DNA from: Candidatus Bathyarchaeota archaeon
Lineage (GTDB): Archaea; Thermoproteota; CALKCG01; B24; JAGTQN01
Direction: 5' to 3'
Assembly (NCBI GenBank): GCA_018396395.1
Contig: JAGTQN010000001.1
Span: 1-54,755 of the forward strand
DNA: 54,755 bases
Part shown: one piece after another, positions 18,601-27,938 of the stretch
How positions within the stretch are numbered: position 1 is the stretch's first letter
Layout: the number at the start of each line of letters is the position of its first letter
Position numbers and translations under genes: made by a program
The notes under the pieces: model-generated
The model's input: only the letters and a program-made list of their open reading frames with translations
Database searches by the model: none
Told to the model about the DNA's origin: nothing

Positions 18601-20156
18601 GCCTACTCGTAGCAGCTTGGATAGATCCTTTCAAAGGTATTCAGCCCATTTCGGAAGAATTATTAGAGGGAATTAGGCGCGTCTATAATGAGGGGGTATC
18701 GATAGCCCCTAGGGCATGGTTGTACAACATCCATATAGGGAATATGCCTGGCGATTTTAATGATCCATATGCGAGGGGACTTCTCAATATTTCTTCTGGA
18801 GACTCATGGCATACGGCTGCTGCAATCCTTGGAATTTCTGAAAATGAATTGAATATAGCTTACCAAGGAGATATGCAGAAGATAGAACAGATACTTCTGG
18901 ATGGGGTCTGGTTCCCATCAGAGGATGAATTATTTGTTCTCATAAGTAAAGACTATGCAGATTACCTAAACATCAGTATGTCTGACCCATCTTCAACCCT
19001 GATTAGAGTTAATGGTATTCAGATGAGAGTTTGTGGAATCTTTGATGCAAAACTCCTAGAAGGTATAAAGGAACTTGATGGGAGACCCATTATGCCCTTC
19101 GATCCCTCTGATTGGAGAAAGCGACAGCCCCTTCGAGCCCATGAGGTTCTCCTCATGCCATTTAACGCTGTAATGAGGCGCTTAGCTACTTGGGGGCCCT
19201 TTATTACCCAAGTGGCTTTGTATATCGAAAATCCTGTCAAAGTTAAGGAACTAGCAGAATCTATAACTCTCTACTATGACTTCGATGTCTATGCCTCTAC
19301 TGGAGAAAGAGTTTACTTGTTTGCTCATGGAGTCTCAAGGGAAGTAAGTGGACTAACTTTTATAATACTCCCCTCTATCATAGGAGTCCTTAGCCTTTTC
19401 AACATCATGTTAGGCAATGTAATAGAGAGGAGGAGGGAAATATCCACCTTCGCCTCTGTTGGTCTATCTCCCTTGCATGTCGGAAGTATATTCCTTACGG
19501 AGGCAGGAATATACGCTGTTTTAGGAGGGACCTTAGGATACCTCTTTGGCATCATAATCGCCTCGGGAGCGTATAGATTCTATGGAATAGCCGTGAATTA
19601 TTCTTCAATCATGGTGGTAGCCGTCGTACTTCTCTCCATGGGGTTAACGACCTCCTCATCCATCTATCCAATCTATAAATGCGCAAGGCTAGTAACACCT
19701 TCTCTTGAAAGAAAGTGGAAGGTTCCGACTAAGCCAAAAGGAGATACTTGGGAAATTCCCTTGCCCTTTGTTTCCAGCGAGGCTGAGGCAAGGGGGATAA
19801 TAGCATTTATGAAGGAATTTTATGAGGGACATATGATCAGAGATGAGTCGCCAGTCTTTTTCGCCCAGAATCTCTCCATAGAGGAGAGAGCTACGAATAA
19901 CATTACCGTTAAGTCTCTTATAGCGACCGTGGCTATAGAACCTTATCCGCGGGGGATATCCCAGATTGCTATCTTTAATGCATCTATAACTGAGGGTAGG
20001 GCGAGTTACACCTTATTCCTTAAAAGGCTCACAGGAGAACAATCGAGTTGGCAACACCTCAATAAATCCTTCATAAGTGAAGTCCGGAGGCAACTTCTCA
20101 TATGGCGAAGCCTCAGGGATCATGAGAAGAAACGGTATATGGAGGCTAAATTGTAA
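15684..20156 (+). CDS. M28 peptidase-like/PA ectodomain fused to a MacB/FtsX-type ABC permease (1490 aa)
   Basis: N-terminal TM; SRYSGYPG...AAEYI, PA insert, NVIG, LTAYYDS; multi-TM block; RLRTTLT; FtsX signature NIMLGNVIERRREISTFASVGLSP...FLTEA. Confidence 0.85.
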   Translation: MGFRMFPARKPIVHSLIFLLTFVFLWSLVFLNRPIHASNSNIVEKDEIVEIVRNINISKIILHAKYFSSFESRYSGYPGSDAAAEYIRQYFESLGLVDVEFHEFNVTVPIDYGTSISLLGHDGREKRAFKAYTLEPNMVALSRRSSEGLTGKLVYVGKGYLEEMSGKDVEGNIVLMDFSGSKDNWINAAKLGAKAVVFIGEGDRYDAARKSLWIPLDFPRIFVPEPSGCMLKKAINETVRVLCDMRFEQRTAKNVIGFIYGKQMPEQSLILTAYYDSYSITPGFAPGAQESLGISTLLELARFFSEYSKRGRGPNRTIMFVAFAGHNQALLGAREFTELFLFERRWQSKVGLMDMTYYPIMINLDLATDNDWVVNLGAGDVCALGYGTRGPAFQAVRWIYDRFKDVYTPQIIDAWKTIYGRTFRIDLDPYYPGSRAPEPNHIVMDSEPYLAAGANGFSFYTAYSERKYYSTPFDTYERLMWNNLQPQIETIFSVIYMLQAEPQLKELSTEVTRIGGRLYGANYGKLFGRVVTFNPSINQYEGVSKALVAIQGPGLYRYILTTDEDGLFTVVGITAFGTNYGIYPFYLDENGTIEYAPDFGIYSFGNDVQITIWRGGIIGTQEYPQYFTVFKCGSVAFFDLLAPRTGFASSVFRIMDFNTHSTPAHYSFFPREASPIVVAFVEPGTRVEAIAFQADVPIPSAIILNSSRIRPQGNGYEVKYGRQLLVTNALLKNAEDIWLLNNERINTFLQFNVFEPAAAQLHDAAKSILDASWGAFENRSYGLAFTNAQRALGVETRAYARILSLYNETISSTMFFFALLVPFVFLAERLFLSWNGPRRLLGIIMIFIMALGMFALFHAGFHLGANMFIVLIGFVTMALTLPLVPILGGHAQSRILEWRRAVVGLHFAEISRTGAILLSLSYGVQQMRKRRLRTTLTFTSILMIALALVSMTSMSVHSITLQLPTGGEPTRVGLLVAAWIDPFKGIQPISEELLEGIRRVYNEGVSIAPRAWLYNIHIGNMPGDFNDPYARGLLNISSGDSWHTAAAILGISENELNIAYQGDMQKIEQILLDGVWFPSEDELFVLISKDYADYLNISMSDPSSTLIRVNGIQMRVCGIFDAKLLEGIKELDGRPIMPFDPSDWRKRQPLRAHEVLLMPFNAVMRRLATWGPFITQVALYIENPVKVKELAESITLYYDFDVYASTGERVYLFAHGVSREVSGLTFIILPSIIGVLSLFNIMLGNVIERRREISTFASVGLSPLHVGSIFLTEAGIYAVLGGTLGYLFGIIIASGAYRFYGIAVNYSSIMVVAVVLLSMGLTTSSSIYPIYKCARLVTPSLERKWKVPTKPKGDTWEIPLPFVSSEAEARGIIAFMKEFYEGHMIRDESPVFFAQNLSIEERATNNITVKSLIATVAIEPYPRGISQIAIFNASITEGRASYTLFLKRLTGEQSSWQHLNKSFISEVRRQLLIWRSLRDHEKKRYMEAKL

Positions 20157-20195
20157 AAATGACTTCCTTACTTGGCATGGATCGAGTAAAATGAG

Positions 20196-20691
20196 GGTGC
20201 TGTAACCTTAAGCCTTAGGGGAGCCCTATCTCCCTCGATGCTTTATGAAAACCTTCGAGAGGGATAGGAATCCTAGGCAGATTGTGAAGTAGCCTATGCC
20301 CTATCCTATCCTATACTTATACCTTTCATGTCCATCCTTAAGGAAGGATTCAAGGACCATAGAATAAGCCTATGGCTTCCTAGAAGCCATGAATCCATAT
20401 GGCGTTGGATCCATTCCATCGCTTCGGAGGCCTTTCATTTCAGAAGCCTTCTATAAGGGAAGGGCTAAGAAGGCTTTCATGGACGAGATGAGCGAACCGT
20501 AAACTTGAAAGGCATTCGATGGAAGCCTGGATATGGAATGGATGGCCTTAGAACCCATAGGCGAATCCTAGCCCCTTAGAACTGAGCTGGACAGGGAGAG
20601 GTATAACCTTATGTTACGTTACACCATATATATTTCTAAGGAAGCTTAAGGAAATTATGGCATAAAGGCTTAGGCTTAAGGTTACAACATC
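20196..20691. mobile_element. MITE (non-autonomous element, 496 bp)
   Basis: 20-bp TIRs at 20196-20215 (GGTGCTGTAACCTTAAGCCT) and 20672-20691 (reverse complement GATGTTGTAACCTTAAGCCT, 18/20 identical); 8-bp direct repeat AAAATGAG at 20188-20195 and 20692-20699; no ORF of 60 aa or more. Confidence 0.9.
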
Positions 20692-20716
20692 AAAATGAGA
20701 GGCGTATAGGTAGGAT

Positions 20717-22741
20717 TTAAACTGGGCCAGGTTCGTCAACATTATTCGGAAGAATTTCATAGATGAGCTTCTCACCTATGATCGAGAGGTCTTCCATGAT
20801 TGTGTTAAGCCTTCGGAAAGTCTGTTCAAGCACTTGAGCCTCGATCTCGATTCTATGCAACTTCTCTGGACGTGACCTCAAAGCCTTAGAATATCGCACA
20901 GGCTGAATCCAAGGCAATGTATAGAGGTATGCACCATCTATACAAAAGCATGTTGCCTTTAGTTCAGGGGTTATCACAAGACGTCGAATAAGGTTAGCCA
21001 ATCTGAAATATCTCCTCAGCGCCTCCATTTTCTCGTCAGGAAGTCTTTTAGGAAGTCTCGAAACTTCTTGAAGAAGTCTACCGTCTAGGTTTCCTTCCCA
21101 AGGTCCCTGATCAATTGCCTTCAGATAAGCACATAAGCTCAGGGTTAAAACCCTATTCAATTTATCGGCTTCGATCTCCATCTTTTCGAGCTCTTTTAAA
21201 GCTCCAGCTAAGTTTATGCCAAGCTTAGATGCTTTCTTTACAAGGTCACGAAGGCCTTCCTTTCCTTCCATAAGCATTCTAGCATAGCATTTGTAGTCTA
21301 GAGGAAGAACATCAGACTCAGATAAAGTGAGAAGCATTACTCCAAGCCCTTCAATCGGTTCCTTAAACCGATCTGGTCTAAGAAGTTCCTCAGGTTCAGG
21401 CTCATCGGCGGGTCCATGATAAGGGTTAGACTTAACGAGGTAAGGAGTTAACCTTTTACCGACCCAATCCTTCCCGCCTCTAGTTACAGCTGGGCTCGTT
21501 ACTGGAATGCAGCCATCGATGAAGAACACGATCATATCAAATCCTGCACCTCGTACAAGACTATAACCTCCAGCCTTAAGCCCTGGAACGACAGAAGTGG
21601 CTACATATTTGCTGAGCGATCCGAGTTCTGGAGAACCCCATCCACCCGTGATAAGGTCTTTACCGAAAACTCCTCCATCGACATCGATATAGGCTACGAT
21701 CTTATTCTTGATAGATTCATGTTCATCCAAATAGGCATAAGAGCCGACGCATCCCTCTTCTTCTCCTGTCCAGAAGCAGAATTTTAAAGTTCTGCGAGGT
21801 CTAATACCCTCTTTCAGAAGTTCTCCGAAGGCATGCGCAACCCCAAGGATAACTCCACATCCACTCGAATTGTCGAGAACACCTCTACCGAAGGAATCAT
21901 AATGTGCCCCAACCATTACTACTTCATCTGGAAACTCGGAACCAGGGATTGTGGCGACCACATTAAATGCTTGTTTCCTTTCAACATTCTTCAAGACCTT
22001 TATTAAGACCTTCACGTTCTCTCTTCGGCATAGGCTTCGGAGATAGGCACCATCCTTCCTTTGAACTATCACAGCTGGTATCATGGGTAAACTCTCTTCA
22101 GGGAACTTATAGAACATATAATCTCCTTGATGTTCGAGCCATGCATAGGTAGAACCTTTTGGAAGCATTCGTATGGGCCTATGCCAGCCACCTGCTGGGC
22201 CTTCAAAATAGCTATAGTTGAGCCTTGTAGCCACTACTGCTCCAACAGCACCATGAATCCTAGCCAGAATAAGCCTGGATCTAGCCCAAAAACCGTCCAT
22301 AAGAATGATCTTTCCCTTTGCATCTATACCCCTCCTCTCTAATTTCTTATAGTCCTCTTCCCAACCTCTTCCAACATATAGGAGACTTCCAGAAACCCCC
22401 TCTGGTTTTGTGGCATTTCCATATATCATTGGTGTGCATGGAATGTCAACTTTCTTTGGTGATATGATGGTAAGCGAGCATTCTAATACATCGTGGCGTT
22501 CACATTCGAAGCTTTGTACTTCGGTATGAAGCCCACATTCCTTCAACCGTTTTGCAATGTATTTGGCTTTCTTTATGTTTTCAGGCATTCCCATAAGCTG
22601 GTTTACACCCTTGGGCCCTACCTTACACATCTCCACGGTCCAATCGTAAGCTTTTTTAAAGTCTACAATATGACAAAATTTTCTCTCCAGTTCCTTCTGT
22701 TTTTCTGAGACTGGAAAAGCAAAGCCCATTGAGGTATTCAT
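20717..22741 (-). CDS. M28 metallopeptidase with PA domain and C-terminal helical domain (glutamate carboxypeptidase II-like)
   Basis: Intact GAHYDS, GVLDNSSG, WTGEEEG, YIDVD and YHGPAD motifs; LPLDY starts the helical C-terminal domain; no signal peptide. Confidence 0.88.
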   Translation of the reverse strand: MNTSMGFAFPVSEKQKELERKFCHIVDFKKAYDWTVEMCKVGPKGVNQLMGMPENIKKAKYIAKRLKECGLHTEVQSFECERHDVLECSLTIISPKKVDIPCTPMIYGNATKPEGVSGSLLYVGRGWEEDYKKLERRGIDAKGKIILMDGFWARSRLILARIHGAVGAVVATRLNYSYFEGPAGGWHRPIRMLPKGSTYAWLEHQGDYMFYKFPEESLPMIPAVIVQRKDGAYLRSLCRRENVKVLIKVLKNVERKQAFNVVATIPGSEFPDEVVMVGAHYDSFGRGVLDNSSGCGVILGVAHAFGELLKEGIRPRRTLKFCFWTGEEEGCVGSYAYLDEHESIKNKIVAYIDVDGGVFGKDLITGGWGSPELGSLSKYVATSVVPGLKAGGYSLVRGAGFDMIVFFIDGCIPVTSPAVTRGGKDWVGKRLTPYLVKSNPYHGPADEPEPEELLRPDRFKEPIEGLGVMLLTLSESDVLPLDYKCYARMLMEGKEGLRDLVKKASKLGINLAGALKELEKMEIEADKLNRVLTLSLCAYLKAIDQGPWEGNLDGRLLQEVSRLPKRLPDEKMEALRRYFRLANLIRRLVITPELKATCFCIDGAYLYTLPWIQPVRYSKALRSRPEKLHRIEIEAQVLEQTFRRLNTIMEDLSIIGEKLIYEILPNNVDEPGPV

Positions 22742-22771
22742 CTCAATCGTATCCCCCTATTTCAAAATACA

Positions 22772-22804
22772 TTTTATTTTTTATGTTTAACATAAAAAAT
22801 AAAA
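22772..22804. repeat. Perfect 33-bp AT-rich palindrome
   Basis: TTTTATTTTTTATGTT-T-AACATAAAAAATAAAA (16-bp arms, 1-nt centre). Confidence 0.85.
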
Positions 22805-22900
22805 GGAGACACAATTACCCTATTTTCACATGAGGAATAAATCTTTGTCGGTAGGAATGAAAACTTTCCATATTTAATGCTAATGGAATTACAAGCCATA

Positions 22901-24847
22901 TTAGTAGGGAAGGGACCAGGCAGCATTTCTGATTAGGGCAATGATAGAGCCGATGGCTGCTGCTATGCCTTCGCCAAGCGCCAATCCAGCAATCGCGATA
23001 ATTTTGTAATCAGTCCATCCTTTTCCTATTTTTCTGGTCAGAAAGATATTGATGATGCCCCCAACTAAGAGGGATAGGGGTTGGGGTATAGGTTGACTAA
23101 ATCCAGCGGCGAAACCTATGATTGAGAATGGGAACTTGAGGAAGTGACAAGTAATGGTCGCGGCACTCGATATCACGAATGCGAAAATGATATTCTCAGG
23201 AACCCACGATATCTGCGATCTTGAAACCCAGATGACGCTATTCAGGACTTGTATAGGCCAGAAGATGACTGTGGCAGGATAAGATGAAGAGGGGATGGGC
23301 GAAATCCTCCAAAAGGCCTCGACGTAGAGAAAACCTAAAAACAAAGCTATGGCCATCGCTATTATGTATGCAAGTATCCAACTCCTGTGGCTCGTCTCAG
23401 TCATATCGCATACCGCCAAGTTTGCGCAAATTCCTGCTCCACCCCCTCCTAAAGGTGGACTTGTATACCAAATGTCTATGCCTTGATATCCGCTTACAAG
23501 GTAAGCCCCTTCACGCACATACGGGATGCTAATCGCGTATCCTGTTTCGCCAATCCCTCTTCCCGCTATGATAGAGCTTATAAGAGGCATTCCAATCCCG
23601 AGAAGGATTAAAATCCATGCAGGAAAGCCTGGCACGAGAATGATTGGTATCGCCGTGAGAGGTATTACTCCTCCAAGCCATAGGACGATAGGGACGAGCG
23701 AAAACCTAGCTCCCTTTCCACCCCTCATCAAAGCCTTCAAAGACCCTATAAGAATATCCCAAACTCGTCTCCAGTTAAGTGCTAGGGGTATCAATCCTGC
23801 TGCTAAGCTTACTCCTATGTTAGGGCTTGCCCAGATTCGGAGCATCGACATGTTCCAAATATCTCTAATCCGCATACCCGAGGCATAACCAAAAAGGCCT
23901 CCCAACCTTCCAGGTGTTGGTGGGAAAAGGTATACAAGTATAGGATTTCCGATAACATAAGGACCTAATGAACCTATGAAGATCGATACAACCACATTGA
24001 AAGGTATTATGAAGCCTGTCGCAAACACAAAAAGGTCTGTTGCAAAGCCAAGGGTAGCTCCAGGCAGGATGGCATCTATGGGGATCTCGGCCCAAGGTAT
24101 CGGAATGGGTGCAATAGCAAAGTTTGTCGCAAACGGAAATGCGAAGGCCAAGGTGCCGTAAGCCAGACCTACGACAGCAGCGATGACCATAACACTCATC
24201 TTCCGTGATTCCCTTGTTGCCACGGTGACAACCATTTCCCCAGAAACCCTCTGCAGAGGGAACTGTAACCTCTCGATTTTTACATAGAGATTGTAGGTCA
24301 AAAGCCCCAGACCTATATCACATAAGAAGCCAAATGCGACACTGAAGTATGAGAGGAGTATCGGGACTCGAAAGTCGGGATGGAACAAAGTCCTTTCTAT
24401 AACAGCGGTAGAGGTTGGCGGAGGAGCCCACCAATCAGGAATAACTTCCCGTAAAGGAATGTTGGTTCCAGGTGCTGTAAAAGTTAAGGTATACGAACTT
24501 ACATTCCTGTAGTAAAGATTAAAGATGAAGCCCGTAGCCGATACAGTTGCACCAGAGACTGCAGCACAAGACCATATAATGAAGAGTTCTTGTTTACTAA
24601 GCGGGGTACCGAAGAACCTTGTGATTTCGCTGAAAAGTAGCACAGTCGTATAAGATATAGTCCACCACATGATGTCTGCATTTCCTAAAGCCAATGTCAT
24701 CCAGATGCTCGCAGGGAGAAAGACGACACCTGTGTAGATGAGGGCTAGAAAAGATCTGAAGGTCAATCCATTTATGTAGCTAATATCGGGAGATCCGGGC
24801 TCTCTGATCGTTGTAATAGTCTCCGTCTTTTCTGTTTCGGTAGTCAT
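22901..24847 (-). CDS. OPT-superfamily-like multi-pass transporter (putative oligopeptide/oligomer permease)
   Basis: Many hydrophobic segments; GLTFRS, LSKQEL, ERLQFPL and AGLALGEG motifs resemble OPT proteins. Confidence 0.7.
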   Translation of the reverse strand: MTTETEKTETITTIREPGSPDISYINGLTFRSFLALIYTGVVFLPASIWMTLALGNADIMWWTISYTTVLLFSEITRFFGTPLSKQELFIIWSCAAVSGATVSATGFIFNLYYRNVSSYTLTFTAPGTNIPLREVIPDWWAPPPTSTAVIERTLFHPDFRVPILLSYFSVAFGFLCDIGLGLLTYNLYVKIERLQFPLQRVSGEMVVTVATRESRKMSVMVIAAVVGLAYGTLAFAFPFATNFAIAPIPIPWAEIPIDAILPGATLGFATDLFVFATGFIIPFNVVVSIFIGSLGPYVIGNPILVYLFPPTPGRLGGLFGYASGMRIRDIWNMSMLRIWASPNIGVSLAAGLIPLALNWRRVWDILIGSLKALMRGGKGARFSLVPIVLWLGGVIPLTAIPIILVPGFPAWILILLGIGMPLISSIIAGRGIGETGYAISIPYVREGAYLVSGYQGIDIWYTSPPLGGGGAGICANLAVCDMTETSHRSWILAYIIAMAIALFLGFLYVEAFWRISPIPSSSYPATVIFWPIQVLNSVIWVSRSQISWVPENIIFAFVISSAATITCHFLKFPFSIIGFAAGFSQPIPQPLSLLVGGIINIFLTRKIGKGWTDYKIIAIAGLALGEGIAAAIGSIIALIRNAAWSLPY

Positions 24848-24929
24848 TCTGATCCACTGATCTCAATAAGAGTTGTCATTCAAAGCTTTAAACGTTTAAC
24901 TCATTCATGTAAAGGCATATAGATGACTA

Positions 24930-25421
24930 GAAGCATCTCATAAATAGCACGAGACCGAACTCCATTAAGTTGAAGGGGTTGATGGGTCTATCTTGGACCT
25001 TACGAATGGGCAGTGGGCGGTCCTAGAGCCCTTGGTTCCAAAGCCCCCTGTCGGCCAGACGGGCCGGTCGGACAGGCCGTGGAGAAACCTGGGAGATCCT
25101 TAACGGGATCCTCTGGATTCTCTGGACTGGCGCTCTCTGCACGACCTGCCTGACAGGTAACTGCCTGGACAAAGCCCTCAAAGGGGAAGGGATAGGAGTA
25201 GGAATGATCGCCCTCCCAAGGATAGCCGCAGAAAGCCGCCTATGCAGGACGGCAACCTCCCGAGCGCTACAGAAGGCGCTGAAAGTGGAGGGGCTCATAG
25301 GATGGCTGCAGAACTTCAGGCACCTCTTAGCCCATCATGGGCACTGGCCGAGAACTTCCTAGGCTTCGTTCACCCTGGGCTGATCCTTATATTGCTCAGA
25401 TGGTATTTGTGAGATGCCTTC
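24930..25421 (+). mobile_element. Degenerate IS5-family (IS427-like) element with transposase pseudogene
   Basis: Fragments MDLTNGQWAVLEPLVP, EILNGILWIL, HDLPDR, WLQNFR and AENFLGFVH; IRs GAAGCATCTCATAAATA and reverse complement GAAGGCATCTCACAAATA, each flanked by TA; frameshifts and an internal deletion. Confidence 0.88.
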
Positions 25422-25504
25422 TAATTAGGTCATTTTCATCTATAGTCTCTGAATAGCCCATCTAAGGCTTTCTATACCCTTCCCTGATCATAGCGCACCT
25501 GAAA

Positions 25505-26506
25505 TTATGAGTAGTGAGGGATCTTTACAGCCCTCTTCAACTGGGCCGACTCTAAAACGGCATCAACGACTTCGAGAACTCTTAACCCATCAAGTACATT
25601 AATGGAGGGTGTTCTGTCCTCTATAACTGATGCTATGAACTCCCTAAGCTCACGTTCAAACATAGGATAAGTGGAATCTTCCATAAACCTGATTGTTGTA
25701 GGATTTGCATACTCGATCATTTTTGAGCTATGAACTAAGAGATAATTATCCCTCCATTCGCTTTTCATATGACCTTCTGACCCGATGACTTCTACAGAAT
25801 CGATTGATTTAGATGCCCGCATGGTCAGGCTAAGACTCGCCAAAACACTATTCTTGAATCGAATGATGAAGGAGACGGTTTCGTCAACTCCAAAGGTTGG
25901 ATGAACGTTTACCTCAGCAAGCACCTCCTCAGCTCTGCTTCCAATCATCCATAAAACTTGATCTATGAGATGTACGCCCAGATACCTTAGTATGCCTCCA
26001 CCCTTTGGCTCCTCAAGTAACCATCCGCGAAGCAGACCAGTCCCCTTTACCGCGAGAACTAAATAAACCTCTCCTACGATGCCTTTGTCAAGGAAATTTT
26101 TCATCAATGATCTAGAAGCTAAAAATCGTTGGCAGTATCCAACCATGAGTTTTGCTCCACTTCTCTCAACGGCTTCAACTAGCTCCTTTGCTTCAATACT
26201 GTTCTTTGCCATTGGTTTTTCGACAAAAGTTGGCTTTCCCGCTTCAAGACAATCTATAGACACATTTTTCAACGCAAAATGAGGAACAGCAATGAGGACG
26301 GCATCCACATTCCCCTTTTCCAGTAACTCATAATGGTCTCTATAGTAGTTTTTAACTTTGAACTCCTCAGCGAATCGCTTCGCTATAGTCTCATTCACAT
26401 CTGCTACAGCTATAAGCTTACATCCATCGATCCTTCCAAGAACCGTAGAGAGAGTCCTTCCTTGGTTGCCACATCCAATAAGCCCCATACTTAACTCTCT
26501 GACCAA
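25505..26506 (-). CDS. Gfo/Idh/MocA family oxidoreductase
   Basis: GLIGCGNQG, VEKPMA and GGGILRYLGVHLID motifs. Confidence 0.92.
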   Translation of the reverse strand: MVRELSMGLIGCGNQGRTLSTVLGRIDGCKLIAVADVNETIAKRFAEEFKVKNYYRDHYELLEKGNVDAVLIAVPHFALKNVSIDCLEAGKPTFVEKPMAKNSIEAKELVEAVERSGAKLMVGYCQRFLASRSLMKNFLDKGIVGEVYLVLAVKGTGLLRGWLLEEPKGGGILRYLGVHLIDQVLWMIGSRAEEVLAEVNVHPTFGVDETVSFIIRFKNSVLASLSLTMRASKSIDSVEVIGSEGHMKSEWRDNYLLVHSSKMIEYANPTTIRFMEDSTYPMFERELREFIASVIEDRTPSINVLDGLRVLEVVDAVLESAQLKRAVKIPHYS

Positions 26507-26781
26507 GAATTATAACTCCCCTTGTCGCTTGGCTGAGAGGTTATGGGGATTTATGTCTATAAGTATTGTGCTTTATGGGATGATACCGTCAAGTTTTGGT
26601 AGACTAAATAGACTTTATTCTCTTTATCTCATTATGGATCGTGTTGACGAGGTTCTTATGAAGGTTCTAGCCGATGGTCCTAAGCTTGACGGTATCTATG
26701 GGGATGGTGTTGTATCCATGAAAAGCATCTGAATTCTCTACCGGGCTTCGTATGCGTAAGAACACATCCTAACACCTTCAT

Positions 26782-27602
26782 TCACATTCTTTTAAGCTTT
26801 ATCTCAATAAGCCTCCTATCGGAGCCCTTGTAGGCTTCTTTCCTCGTAAGCATGTACCAGATAATCATGAGCATCTCCCTGGCAACGGCTACGATGGCTT
26901 TCTGATGTCCTCTACGGGTTGCTACGCACCTGTAGAGGCTTCCAAGCCTTTCATCGCTTAAGGAAGCCCTTTGGGCTGCCTGGACAAGGATCTAATCGGG
27001 CGAAGCCCCTTGGAGCCCTGCTTCGGTATTCTTGCCAATGCGCTTTATCGCCCGACTAGCGGATCTTGGCGAAGGCACTAAGCCAGCCTAATCGAGTAAG
27101 CCAGCTTCGAAGAGCTTGTCAAGGAAACCTATGCACGTCGCCAATCTCGGCCAGGATGAGAATAGCCTCGTCTCGTCGAGTAGAAGTCGATCACAGGCAT
27201 CGTCATTAGGAGCTTTATGGCATCCTCCTCCAAGGCTATGGAGACAATCTCCTTATCTACACATCAACATCATCCCTTAGCGCCTTACAAGCTCCATCGT
27301 AAGCTTAATGGCGTTTTCCACATCCTCGAGGCTGAGACGCCCCACATGGTTGTGGATATGCCTCGTAGCAACGCCTATGACGACGCTGGGGCACCCAGCT
27401 CCAAGGCATCGTAAAGCTTTATCCATTTGTTCCCAGTAGCCTCTAGAACAGCCTTCGCTTCCCTACCCTTCAGGGTCTCAATAAGCCCTTGGATTCCAAG
27501 GCTATCGTTTGGAAGGGATAGCTCGCCCAGGATCCCGTCCCTATCGTCCTTAAGGTATGCTTGGAAGCTGCGCTTTCCTACGTCTACCCCTACGCTTATC
27601 AT
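26782..27602 (-). pseudogene. IS110-family transposase pseudogene
   Basis: N-terminal VGVDVGK...VLEATG (DEDD domain), ILAEIGDVHRF and C-terminal KAIVAVAREMLMIIWYML; multiple frameshifts and stops. Confidence 0.88.
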
Positions 27603-27938
27603 GTCATGGCTTCACTTTAAGTCTTTAACATAACTTCCTCCACGAGGCTTTAGCATAGAAAGTAACTCGGATTCCGAGGATTCGCAAGAAGCCTTCCTTA
27701 GAGCCATACGATCCCTAAATGATTGTAGTAGCCCCTCCAGACTTCAATCCGTGTCTTTGTATGCCTTAAGGGCTTATGGCATTTACAAGGAAAGTATGGG
27801 ATAGACCAAAAGAAAGAAGTCCTGAAGCCTTCGCTTGACTGCCTCGCTTAGCCTTTAGTTTCTATTTACATCGTAATGAAGATTACGCTATTCAACGAAC
27901 CAAATTAAAAAAGAAAAGAGAGGTGGGTATATCAATTG

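Noticed and set aside
20196..20691. Possible CRISPR array in the repeat-rich gap
   Set aside because: No regularly spaced identical repeats; the structure is explained by the MITE.
26358..26732. 124-aa plus-strand ORF with KVLADG/IYGDG, reminiscent of a DDE transposase
   Set aside because: Partly antisense to the Gfo/Idh gene; the similarity is too short to support a call.
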